IMG/VR virus record: IMGVR_UViG_3300038321_000426
Location: 1 to 38,018 of that record
From: a virus
Lineage: Duplodnaviria; Caudoviricetes
Direction: 5' to 3' (one strand)
DNA length: 38,018 nucleotides
Of this stretch, positions 29,269 to 38,018 are shown piece after piece. Each line of letters opens with the position of its first letter. Positions within the stretch are counted from its first letter, which is position 1. The notes under the pieces were generated by a model. It saw only the letters and a program-made list of their open reading frames with translations, had not been told where the DNA came from and did not search any database. A program made the translations under genes and the position numbers.

Positions 29269-29916
29269 TTAATGTAGTTCATCCAATATATGGTCAACCT
29301 GCTTTTCAACATTTTCATCAGTAATATGTTCTAATTGTTCCGTATACAATTTCATAATTTCTGTAGCTTTTTTATAAAATACCTTTATATCAGTACCTTC
29401 TTTTATAAAAGTTGTAGAATATATATCATGGTTCTGATTATCTATGCAAATTTGGCAATACCATTCTTCTGGATAATCCTTATATTCCTTCTGTACAAGA
29501 TGTACCAATTTCAATATATAATCTCTATTCCACTTAATGGCTTGGCCTAAAGTTGCAGTTTCAGGAGATGTTGGATACTGTCTTCCTGGATATTGCTTTT
29601 TCCAACTATCAATATAAAAATGCTCCCTTGCTTCTTTACTCTTATACTTAGTTTTAATACCAAAATCAGTATCTTCTAATATTATTGGTGCAGGTACAAG
29701 TTCGTTATAACTCTGTGTAAAATTTACTTCTCCATCACTTATATCATGTATTGTTGCATTACCAGAGACACCTACACTACCATCACTATATTCTTCTAAT
29801 CCTTTAAATTCTTCTTCTGCCTTTTCCCTTATTTCCTGTTCGGTTGCATTGTCCTCTACTTCTACCTTTTGTATTACCTCGCATACTGCATATCCACTTA
29901 CACTTACTTTTTTCAT
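29269..29916 (-). CDS. Hypothetical protein
   Basis: 215 aa ORF with AGGAGG RBS. Confidence 0.75.
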   Translation of the reverse strand: MKKVSVSGYAVCEVIQKVEVEDNATEQEIREKAEEEFKGLEEYSDGSVGVSGNATIHDISDGEVNFTQSYNELVPAPIILEDTDFGIKTKYKSKEAREHFYIDSWKKQYPGRQYPTSPETATLGQAIKWNRDYILKLVHLVQKEYKDYPEEWYCQICIDNQNHDIYSTTFIKEGTDIKVFYKKATEIMKLYTEQLEHITDENVEKQVDHILDELH

Positions 29917-30139
29917 ACTCGTTTTCCTCCTTGAATTTCATCTTTAATTTTGTGTTTAAAACTTAGTTATTGTGATATAATATAAATGATTTTTAAATTA
30001 CATATAGTAGAGTAGTGTCGCCAAACTCAACTCTACATTTAAAATTATATTTTTATTGGGGGTATGGTATTTTTCCATGCCTTTTTACTTTTCTATCCAT
30101 AATTTTTCACCTTCTTTCAATGCATATATTTTTTAACCT

Positions 30140-30787
30140 TCACCATGTTTTACTTTCCTTATTATATTCTTTTATATCTTTAGCAATTTTTCTAACAAAT
30201 TTCTCGGAATCAAAAATTTTTCCATAAGCAAGTTGTACACCCATTAATACTCTTTTTATAGTGTTATTATCTATATCTGTATTATTCACTAATTTTAAAA
30301 ACCTTTCATATAATTCTAATATTTCATTAGCGTGACCTAATCCATAATCCCTATATTCATCATTATTTTCTTCAAATTGCCTATCCATTGAATCTTTTAT
30401 AGCTATTAAAAGTTTTTTTTGATTCAAATTGTAACTATTTAAGCTAAAATCAAATAATGCACCTTCATCTATACTAATTTGTGGTACAATTATTTCTTCA
30501 CCTGTGTCTGGATCTGTAATTGTATCTTCAAATTCATATTCAGAATTTTTAAGTTCGTTATTCAATTTTATATTTTGAATTTCTAATTCATCTATTTCAT
30601 TCAACTCTTTTTGAAAATATTTTTCTTGAATATTGAACAAATTAGAAAGTTGATTTAATCTTTTATCTGATATAGGAATCTTTCGTTTTTCCCATTTAGA
30701 TACTGTTTGCTTTGTTATATTTAGATTATGTGCTAATTCATCCATAGACATATTATATAATTTCCTAATGAAGTAAAGTCCTATCAT
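30140..30787 (-). CDS. Xre-family HTH regulator (repressor-like)
   Basis: IRKLYNMSMDELAHNLNITKQTVSKWEK. Confidence 0.9.
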   Translation of the reverse strand: MIGLYFIRKLYNMSMDELAHNLNITKQTVSKWEKRKIPISDKRLNQLSNLFNIQEKYFQKELNEIDELEIQNIKLNNELKNSEYEFEDTITDPDTGEEIIVPQISIDEGALFDFSLNSYNLNQKKLLIAIKDSMDRQFEENNDEYRDYGLGHANEILELYERFLKLVNNTDIDNNTIKRVLMGVQLAYGKIFDSEKFVRKIAKDIKEYNKESKTW

Positions 30788-30820
30788 AATATACTCACAT
30801 CATTTCTTTTATAATTATAG

Positions 30821-30875
30821 GTTACTTTTGTCAACCTGTAATTATATATTACATCGTTGAGTTACTTTTGTCAAC
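30821..30875 (-). promoter_or_regulatory. Tandem operators overlapping the promoter of the Xre gene
   Basis: Two exact copies of gttacttttgtcaac (30821-30835, 30861-30875); - strand TTGACA-N17-TAATAT. Confidence 0.8.
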
Positions 30876-31224
30876 TATTTTTTACTTTCAATAATTAAAT
30901 TATTCTATTTTCCTATCTTTTCCCTCTTTATTTAATTTTTTTAAACAAAAAAAAGTGTTATTATATGGAGATAATATAAATAGTTCACTTAATAGAATTA
31001 ACATCAAATTAATTCCAATCACGAAACTATTCTATTTTTCTCTATGTAATAACACTTACGGTTATAAAAATGCCACATGGCAATAATTTCTTTATTTGCT
31101 TAACGATTACTATTATATTGCCTAATCATATCCATGTCAACACATTTTTTCTAATTTCTATTTTATTTTCATAAAATGCTATTACTTTTTACACAATAAA
31201 TATTATTTTGTCATATTATTAGTT

Positions 31225-31611
31225 TTATTCATTTAGAGATATTTCTAACTCTGTGCCACTCTTAAAAAACACACTTAAACTACCATCCAATGGGTTTTTA
31301 TATGCACAATAAACATCCTCCACATTTATAAAAATGCTACTTTCTTCATCACCTAATTTTATTCTATAATTACCCTTTATATCTTTAAATTCTCCTATCA
31401 CCAATTCGTCAATGAATAATGCAGTTGAAACTTCTCCAATTAAATCAATTGTTACATCTTTACCTTTAAACTTTTTTAGTTGTTTTTTTAATTCTTTTCT
31501 ATTAATCTCTACTTGTACTTTCTGTGTTGCTTCATATACCTTTATATCTTTAAAAATATTTTTATCTTCTTTCTCAGCGTACTCCCTAACTTTGCTCATC
31601 ACTGCATTCAT
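31225..31611 (-). CDS. Hypothetical protein
   Basis: 128 aa ORF with GGAGG RBS. Confidence 0.7.
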   Translation of the reverse strand: MNAVMSKVREYAEKEDKNIFKDIKVYEATQKVQVEINRKELKKQLKKFKGKDVTIDLIGEVSTALFIDELVIGEFKDIKGNYRIKLGDEESSIFINVEDVYCAYKNPLDGSLSVFFKSGTELEISLNE

Positions 31612-31639
31612 TTAAATAATTCCTCCCCTTATAATTTAA

Positions 31640-31819
31640 TTAACAGATTTCACAAAATTCTTCATAGGTTAGCGTATTACTACATACTCTTATAGGTATA
31701 TTTCCCATTATAAAAGCAGTAAATACATGTTCACCTGGTAATGGCTTATAGTTCCAAGGTACAATTTCACCTAACTTGTCCTTCAGCTGCTCTCTTTTAA
31801 CTTCAAGAATGTTACTCAT
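31640..31819 (-). CDS. Small hypothetical protein (59 aa, not in ORF track)
   Basis: MSNILEVKREQLKDKLGEIVPW..., GAGGAG RBS. Confidence 0.6.
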   Translation of the reverse strand: MSNILEVKREQLKDKLGEIVPWNYKPLPGEHVFTAFIMGNIPIRVCSNTLTYEEFCEIC

Positions 31820-31855
31820 ATTATTTCTCCTCTCATAATATAATCTTGTATTTTT

Positions 31856-31957
31856 TTATCTCCATAACTTTTTAAAACTATATAATCCATTTATTGTAAC
31901 TTGTTTATGTTTTGATTTACATTGTTGTACATACTCTATTAAAATGTAAATACTCAT
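31856..31957 (-). CDS. Small phage peptide (33 aa, not in ORF track)
   Basis: MSIYILIEYVQQCKSKHKQVTINGLYSFKKLWR, GGAGG RBS, first gene after the leftward promoter. Confidence 0.55.
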   Translation of the reverse strand: MSIYILIEYVQQCKSKHKQVTINGLYSFKKLWR

Positions 31958-32064
31958 TTGGTTTTTGTGCCTCCTTCAATTGATTTCCTATGCCCAAATG
32001 TGATATAATCTAATTGCGACTTAGTATCTCACCTTCGGGTTAGGTACTTTTTTCTTTATATAAT

Positions 32065-32190
32065 TTGACTACTATCTGTCTACAGTTATTATTATATATC
32101 TACAATTAGTAATTGTCAACGGTTAGTATTAAAACTTTTTATAAATCTTTAATACTATCTATTGACATATAGTATCTGTAAACGTATAAT
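32065..32190. promoter_or_regulatory. Divergent consensus SigA promoters with operator repeats (genetic switch)
   Basis: - strand TTGACA(32119-32114)-N17-TATAAT(32096-32091); + strand TTGACA(32162-32167)-N17-TATAAT(32185-32190); repeats ta(c/g)tatct. Confidence 0.85.
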
Positions 32191-32229
32191 ATATACATAA
32201 TTACTATTTATTGAAAGAAGTGTATTAAA

Positions 32230-32466
32230 TTGATAAAAATAACTATAGACGAGATTTTACATAAAAAAGGCAAAACAAAATATTGGTTAAGCCAACAAAC
32301 TGGAATAACTCAAACTAACTTAGGAAAATTAGTTAATAATAAGACCAATAGTATTAGATTTGATAACTTAGAAAAAATCTGTGAAGTGCTAGAATGCGAT
32401 ATTTCTGACGTATTAGAAATAATAAAAGATGATAAATTTAATAATGAAAAAAAGATAGAGGAATAA
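32230..32466 (+). CDS. Cro/CI-type HTH regulator (YozG-like)
   Basis: TKYWLSQQTGITQTNLGKLVNNKTNSIRFDNLEKICEVLECDISDVLE. Confidence 0.92.
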   Translation: MIKITIDEILHKKGKTKYWLSQQTGITQTNLGKLVNNKTNSIRFDNLEKICEVLECDISDVLEIIKDDKFNNEKKIEE

Positions 32467-32488
32467 ATGTTCCTCTATCTTTTTTTCA

Positions 32489-34390
32489 TTATTTATTATT
32501 TTCAATTTTAACATAATTAGTTAATTCTACTATTGGAACTTGATTTCCATCCATATGTGCTAATACTTCACTAACACCAGTAATTCCTATCCAACTATAC
32601 CCCGATTGCTCTAAATCTAATAAATAATAATTATTGTTTTTAAGTAAATCTTTATTCCATACAACTACTAAACTCAAATCGCTCATTTTTTTATAGTTAT
32701 CCTCAAAATCTTTTATCAAATCACTTAAGTTAACTTTAAATTCGATATTCAATAAATCATTATCTCTAGTTATTGTTTTAAATTTATTTTTCGTTTTATA
32801 AAATATGTTAATATCACCATCATATTTATTAAAAGAAGATAGTTGATATGTATTAATCCCTTTAATTATGCCTTTTCCTATTAATTCATAAAAAATTGCT
32901 ATAACTGTATTTTCATGTTTGGGAATTTTTTTTATAGATAAATTACTCTTTATATTAGGTAATTCAGTAATTATTACATCTGGTTCAATATATTCATCCT
33001 GATTTTCAACAGGAATTTTACCTGCAACACTAATAGCTAAATATACTAATTTACTAACATATATTTGTTCAAAATATTTATATATGTTTGAAAGTAATTT
33101 AGGATTTTTAATTCCTTGCTTTCCATAGTTAACTCTATCGTTTATATTTATTACAATGTGTATATTATTTAAATAACTTTGGTTTTTCCCTTTTTTAGGA
33201 GCTCTTATAGGATTAGTAGTTAACACACCATCTGCTGCAATGATTTGATCTGCCTTGTTTAAAAGTAAACTGCTAATATTATACTTTGCACTTTTTGAAG
33301 CTGAAGCTATGACCAAATAAATTCCTTTTATTTTTGCACTTAATAAATTATTAAAATTGTCTAATTTATTATAATTATTTAAACTAGGACTTACTAATAA
33401 CTCCTTTAAATTATTTTCATCAGTTATTTTTATTACCCACGCATGAGATCCCCCATATTTCACATTTGGATTAAACGCTTTTAATGCTTCTTCATTAAAA
33501 ATACCTTTTCTTCTTGAATCACTATATATTTCTGATAAGTCCCAATATTTACTTGGAAATTTTATTTCATAACGTTTATCTTTACTACATTGTTCTGTCA
33601 TTTTCCAATAATTTCTTAGTTCCAAATCATATGTTTTAACATAATTAGCTTCATCCATTCCAGTATCCTTTTTTATAATTATTTCAATTTCAGCTGGTTT
33701 TTTATTATCAAAGAGTCTATTAACATCTCCAGAATATGAATGAGTTCTAAAATAATGTTCTACATATAAGCTAGCTTTACTTCTATTTTTTAAAAATTCT
33801 TCATATGGCACAATACCTTCATATTCTTTAAATATATTTACAATAAAGCTTCTTATGCTCAGTATTCTCATCGGTTTTTCAGTTAAGAAAGGAAATGTAT
33901 ATTCTATTAAAGTATTATAACCTTTAGGTAATCTTTCATATTCAATACACTCTGTATCAAAAAATTCTTCGTCACCATTATTTAAGAACTTAAATCCATT
34001 ATTAAATCTTGCATACCATAGTTTTCCTTTAGGATTTCTCGTGATAAGTTCAAACTGTTTAGAACATAAGATTATCATTTTCATTCCTACTCCATGTTCA
34101 CCTCTTATGTTGTGATTTCTAGTGTTAGATTTTTCACCTTTGCCTAATGAAAAAAACACTTTATTACAAGGAAACCCTTTACCATTATCATAAATTAGAA
34201 CTTTATTGTTAACAATGTCAAAAATAACTTTAACTTTAGGATTATCAACATCTTCAACAGCATCAAGTGCATTTTGTAATCCTTCAAAAATCATAATCCA
34301 TTCGTCAGCATAAGAATCTAATTGTTTGTTTGCAGAAGTTCTTAAAATACTTTCAGCATCCTCAGTATTATTTAAAAAAATTGTACTCAT
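32489..34390 (-). CDS. GHKL (MutL/MORC-like) ATPase fused to a C-terminal PD-(D/E)xK-like nuclease; candidate defence gene
   Basis: EGLQNALDA, DNGKGF, GEHGVGMK; C-terminal HENTV...YDG...IEFK...LVVVW. Confidence 0.8.
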   Translation of the reverse strand: MSTIFLNNTEDAESILRTSANKQLDSYADEWIMIFEGLQNALDAVEDVDNPKVKVIFDIVNNKVLIYDNGKGFPCNKVFFSLGKGEKSNTRNHNIRGEHGVGMKMIILCSKQFELITRNPKGKLWYARFNNGFKFLNNGDEEFFDTECIEYERLPKGYNTLIEYTFPFLTEKPMRILSIRSFIVNIFKEYEGIVPYEEFLKNRSKASLYVEHYFRTHSYSGDVNRLFDNKKPAEIEIIIKKDTGMDEANYVKTYDLELRNYWKMTEQCSKDKRYEIKFPSKYWDLSEIYSDSRRKGIFNEEALKAFNPNVKYGGSHAWVIKITDENNLKELLVSPSLNNYNKLDNFNNLLSAKIKGIYLVIASASKSAKYNISSLLLNKADQIIAADGVLTTNPIRAPKKGKNQSYLNNIHIVININDRVNYGKQGIKNPKLLSNIYKYFEQIYVSKLVYLAISVAGKIPVENQDEYIEPDVIITELPNIKSNLSIKKIPKHENTVIAIFYELIGKGIIKGINTYQLSSFNKYDGDINIFYKTKNKFKTITRDNDLLNIEFKVNLSDLIKDFEDNYKKMSDLSLVVVWNKDLLKNNNYYLLDLEQSGYSWIGITGVSEVLAHMDGNQVPIVELTNYVKIENNK

Positions 34391-35184
34391 ATAACTTCAC
34401 CTTCCATTTAGTAATCTATGCTTAATTAAATTGAAAAAATTACATAGAAAATAAGAACAAATTTCAAGTAATAAAAAATACTATATTTAATATTAGCTTT
34501 TATTGTGTTTTATATTACTTATTTTGTAATAAAAAAGCAGTTAAACATGATATAAATGAAAATTTAAATGATATAGAAATGACTATCAGAGATCCTATTA
34601 GTAAAAAGTAACTATGATTTTAAAAAGCATGATAATAAATTTTAAAAGAATAAATTAAGTAAAACTATAAGGAGTGTAAAAGTTCTTCGTAAACAACTTT
34701 TACACTGCCTACAAATCTATATGAAATTACCACATCAACTTCCAGTAGACCAACTATACTTGTAAGTGATTTTGTATCTTAATTCTATATAAATTATAAT
34801 AAAATTTGAAGTAAATTTTGATTATGCACTTTACTTTTGTAACTGTTAAACTAGAATAAGCAGATTTCATCAAATAAGAACAAGCAACATTTATTACATA
34901 TTTCCTTTTTTTGATATGATATTACTGGGAATTGTACTAGGCATTCAGGAAGGAGGATATATGAATCAAATTGAAGGTTGGGATATATATAGGCCGTGAA
35001 AATAATTATGTGTATTCTCTTTCTTTCGACAAATATTTTTGAAAAATGTAATTTATAAAATAATGTAAATTAAGATTGATAGTCACCATCTCTTAATCAG
35101 CATTACATTGTATATTATATCCGTTTCTGGTAGAACATATGCGGTAAACATCAGGGGTTCGGGTGACAGAGTTCCCATGGTATA

Positions 35185-35273
35185 TATGTTAAGTTGGTTT
35201 ACAACAAGATCCCAATTTGCATAGGAACGAGTCCATTTCTTACTTATTTTCTGTGTGGCAAGGTATAATATTT
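35185..35273 (-). pseudogene. IS256-family transposase C-terminal remnant
   Basis: Manual translation EILYLATQKISKKWTRSYANWDLVVNQLNI matches the IS256 C-terminal LYL...KKW...NW...QL pattern. Confidence 0.75.
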
Positions 35274-35708
35274 CTATGTCAACTTTCTCGTATTACTTTT
35301 TACAAATCCACCATAATCTATTATAACTATTTTATTATTTAAACTACCTATATTCTCTAGTTTTATATCTTCAAGCAATACATGATTTTTGTATTTTTCA
35401 ATTAATTCTTTATATTTACTTACCATAAGCTCATTTTTACGATCAAACGAATTAGCTTTTTTCATAACTATTAAAAATCCAAAAATATGAAAAACTATTG
35501 GACATAATATATGTCTCATATCTTTATTTCTTTTCCAATTTGATATTTCTTTTTTATTAGATAGTAGTCCTTGTTTAAAATATTTATAAGACATTTCAAT
35601 ATATTCATTATTGTGATCATCTAATTTTCTACTAAAAGCATTAGGAATTTTAAATGCATAATTTTTAGAAATAAAAACTAATCTATATGATCCAGTATAT
35701 ATTCTCAT
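35274..35708 (-). CDS. Minimal protein-kinase-like fold protein
   Basis: GSYRLVF, AFKIP, helix-C Glu, LIVMKKA, catalytic DIKLENIG, IIDYG. Confidence 0.8.
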   Translation of the reverse strand: MRIYTGSYRLVFISKNYAFKIPNAFSRKLDDHNNEYIEMSYKYFKQGLLSNKKEISNWKRNKDMRHILCPIVFHIFGFLIVMKKANSFDRKNELMVSKYKELIEKYKNHVLLEDIKLENIGSLNNKIVIIDYGGFVKSNTRKLT

Positions 35709-35763
35709 TATTATATAAAACCTTTCTTAAAACATTGGTAAACTTTTCATTTATCATAAAATC

Positions 35764-35998
35764 TTATTTTGCACATTCATCTATTTTAGATTCTAATCTT
35801 TTGAAACAATCTTCACATAAAGTTATTTCTATCTCAGTCATTTCAAAATGAATTTTATAAGTAAGTATCATAATTAATTACAAAATCGTCATCTTTATCA
35901 CTAAATCGTGTTATATTTTGACAACAGTCACAACATCCAGTAGCTTCAACTTTTTCTTTAGTTACTTCTATGTCATAAATTTCTTTTATTTTTTCCAT
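35764..35998 (-). pseudogene. Frameshifted small Zn-finger gene
   Basis: MEKIKE...CCDCC...INYDT / 4-bp duplication at 35858-35867 / YKIHF...LCEDCFKRL. Confidence 0.65.
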
Positions 35999-36188
35999 CA
36001 TCTGTTTCTTCCCCTTTTGTATAAAAGTCACACCATTTTGCTTCTTCCTTGCTACTTAATTTGCAATTACTACGCCTTAAAAAATATAAATCAGGATTCC
36101 TATATTTACTTTTAAGATTAACTTTAACATATATACAATCAGTACATATCTTATTTATTGTATCAATATCTCTATTCATTATAATCAC
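35973..36188 (-). CDS. Small Cys-containing hypothetical protein
   Basis: CTDC...C...WCDFY; AGGTGA RBS. Confidence 0.55.
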   Translation of the reverse strand: MIIMNRDIDTINKICTDCIYVKVNLKSKYRNPDLYFLRRSNCKLSSKEEAKWCDFYTKGEETDDGKNKRNL

Positions 36189-36374
36189 CTGTTTATATTT
36201 TTTCTTCTAATTTATCACTTCGTGTGAAACTATTGTAACATTAACTAAAATTACATACCAATATACAAAAATAAATAGTATATCTCTATTAAAACTCTTT
36301 ATACTTATATCTGATTTACTACTCCAATTTCTAATAAATTTATTAAGGATTTAACTCTAAATTTTGATTTTAAA

Positions 36375-36785
36375 CTTGACTTTTGGTTCAGGTCTTATAT
36401 ACTTGCGGTTTGTTAAGCACGTTCTGGAATATAGTTTGCCCTAAGAAAAGGGCAAAAATAAAAATATACTTGCGTACGTGCTGAAGTATCCTGTTTATAT
36501 CACTGCTATTGTAGTATATTTTTAATATTTTAATTGCTACCCTAAAATACTTATCCACAACCTGTGGGCAATTAATATACTGCCGATATTTCTATATCTA
36601 GCAAACCTACCTATCTAATTTATTAGTCGGTCAGATACACCCAACTGAGGGGCAAATAATACAATAGCAGTAATATTGCTTGTCCCCATGAATTTTATAG
36701 CATCGGCTTCATGTAACCTACTAGAATTATTTACCGTTGCTCCAGTGTAAGCACAACTCACATATACCTTAAAAAAGGGTATAGG
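36375..36785 (-). ncRNA. Candidate ~400-nt structured RNA downstream of the integrase
   Basis: 12-bp long-range stem 36502-36513/36660-36671, stem 36416-36422/36476-36482 enclosing hairpin 36435-36456, GCAA loop on - strand. Confidence 0.5.
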
Positions 36786-36894
36786 AAATACACTTGCAAA
36801 ATCTTAATTTTTTTGATAAACTATATATTAGTTGGATATAAGATTATCAATAATAGTTTTGGTTTTACAAGACATATTGTTCATATTAAGTTGT

Positions 36895-36925
36895 AGTCAC
36901 CTTTTGGGTGGCTTATTTCTTTTTG
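36895..36925 (+). terminator. Rho-independent terminator of a short + strand transcript
   Basis: agtcacc-ttttg-ggtggct followed by tatttcttttt. Confidence 0.65.
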
Positions 36926-37028
36926 TGTATTATATGCTCCATAGAGCCATTCTTAGAGAGTTTACTTTGTAGATGTATATTTACTTGTCTGCATAAATTA
37001 AATGTCTTATATATGCCAATTCATGTGA

Positions 37029-38018
37029 TTATTTTCTAAAATATCTATCAACAGTATTAATTTTGTTATGATTTCTTTTTAAATCTTTTGTTTCTAATTG
37101 TATATATTTTCTAGTGGTCACAATTGTAGAATGTCCCATGATCCTCTGTAGTGTAAATATATCCATACCTGATTTAACACTATTGGTTGCAAAGGTATGT
37201 CTAAATAAATATGGTGAACATCTATGTTCTAATCCAACTTTTTTACCTATTTTTTTAAAACTTAACATTAAATTTTGTTTTTTTATATATCCACCATAGG
37301 TATTTTGGAATACATAATCTCCTTTCCCCATTTCTACTGCAATGTCTATTAATTCTTTTAATACTTTTGCTGTTCTAATTGAAATCGGTAATTCTCTCGA
37401 CACTCTTGTTTTAGAAACATCCGCTCTTACTTTAACAAGTCCATCTTTTAAATCAAAATCACTAATTTTTAATTCCGCTGCTTCACCAATCCTAATACCA
37501 CAATCTAAAATCAAAAGCATCAACGAGAAATCTCTAAAACCTGTATAAGTATTTAAATCACACCCATTTAATAGTTTTTTAACTTCAACATCAGTAAGTG
37601 GCGTTTTTGCATCATCTGGTGTTTTTTGCAAATGAATCTTTATTGCTATATTTTCTGTAATATAATTATTGTTATAAAGCCATCTTAAATATGCCAATAA
37701 AGTTCTTAATCTTAAATTAACTGTAAAAGGAGAATACTTCTTTTCAAAAGTCATATAATACACATAACTCTTAAAAACATCTGAATTTATTGGCATATCA
37801 GTTTGTTTAAATTGTGTTTCACCTTCTACATATTTCTTAAAATATTTTAAATGTACATTATATTCTTCAAGTGTTCTTTCTCTAAGGTTTTCTAGTTCTT
37901 TTTCTTCCATAAATTTTTCATGTAAATCAAAAAATTCAGATATTGATATATTGTCAGTCGTTCTACCTACTTTTTTTAAATTTGTAATGTGGTTTAATTT
38001 AATCTTTCTTTTAGCCAT
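37029..38018 (-). CDS. int: Tyrosine recombinase / integrase
   Basis: SAM-like N-domain; GIRIGE (R), VSKT (K), YLFRH, MGHS, RKY catalytic residues. Confidence 0.95.
   Translation of the reverse strand: MAKRKIKLNHITNLKKVGRTTDNISISEFFDLHEKFMEEKELENLRERTLEEYNVHLKYFKKYVEGETQFKQTDMPINSDVFKSYVYYMTFEKKYSPFTVNLRLRTLLAYLRWLYNNNYITENIAIKIHLQKTPDDAKTPLTDVEVKKLLNGCDLNTYTGFRDFSLMLLILDCGIRIGEAAELKISDFDLKDGLVKVRADVSKTRVSRELPISIRTAKVLKELIDIAVEMGKGDYVFQNTYGGYIKKQNLMLSFKKIGKKVGLEHRCSPYLFRHTFATNSVKSGMDIFTLQRIMGHSTIVTTRKYIQLETKDLKRNHNKINTVDRYFRK

Larger units (their letters stand above)
1..38018 (-). mobile_element. Temperate phage / phage-like integrative element encoding a cRdRP/YonO-like RNA polymerase, a head module and a ParMR-like partition pair
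   Basis: Co-oriented integrase, Xre regulators, helicase, scaffold, capsid, terminase and portal; att sites and true ends not identified. Confidence 0.9.

Noticed and set aside
35122-35229. Apparent three-way-junction RNA on + strand
   Set aside because: About half of it translates on - as the IS256 transposase C-terminus, so the pairing is probably coincidental
36551-36559. Perfect DnaA box TTATCCACA as an origin
   Set aside because: Single perfect box forming one arm of a hairpin; no box cluster or unwinding element
37195-37215. Integrase inactivated because HxxR reads YLFR
   Set aside because: His-to-Tyr at this position is tolerated in tyrosine recombinases and the other catalytic residues are intact
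232-37548. Short + strand ORFs in the track (e.g. 232-447, 1501-1728, 5532-5771, 21984-22193, 24423-24881, 37114-37548) and 10119-10319 on -
   Set aside because: Shadow ORFs overlapping well-supported genes, with no RBS or recognisable motifs
1-38018. CRISPR array, rRNA, tRNA or reverse transcriptase
   Set aside because: No regularly spaced repeat-spacer array, cloverleaf or YxDD RT ORF seen

Overview
Low-GC, Clostridium-like temperate phage or phage-like element, transcribed almost entirely on the - strand. From right to left it carries: a tyrosine integrase; accessory genes (small kinase-like protein, IS256 scar, GHKL-ATPase/nuclease fusion); an Xre divergent switch; a ParM-like actin with a ParR-like adaptor; a 945-aa single-subunit RNA polymerase of the cellular-RdRP/YonO family (DFDGD); scaffold and major capsid; a DHH-like protein; an SF2 helicase followed by a palindromic origin-like region; cargo (GNAT toxin-antitoxin, membrane proteins behind SigH-type promoters); TerS, TerL and portal; a head connector; and an Ig-domain virion protein. 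No tail tube, tape measure or lysis genes are visible, but the window is cut exactly at ORF ends. The most striking unexplained feature is a ~1.1-1.2 kb ORF-free, hairpin-dense segment (~12720-13895) with its own promoter. It has a compact ~320-nt paralog 3.5 kb away (~16510-16840) that keeps the same core helices with pairing-preserving substitutions. This points to a large structured ncRNA in an element that encodes an RdRP-family polymerase. Further structured non-coding segments lie at 23.8-24.0 kb and 36.4-36.8 kb. All calls come from reading motifs by eye; no database searches or folding programs were run.
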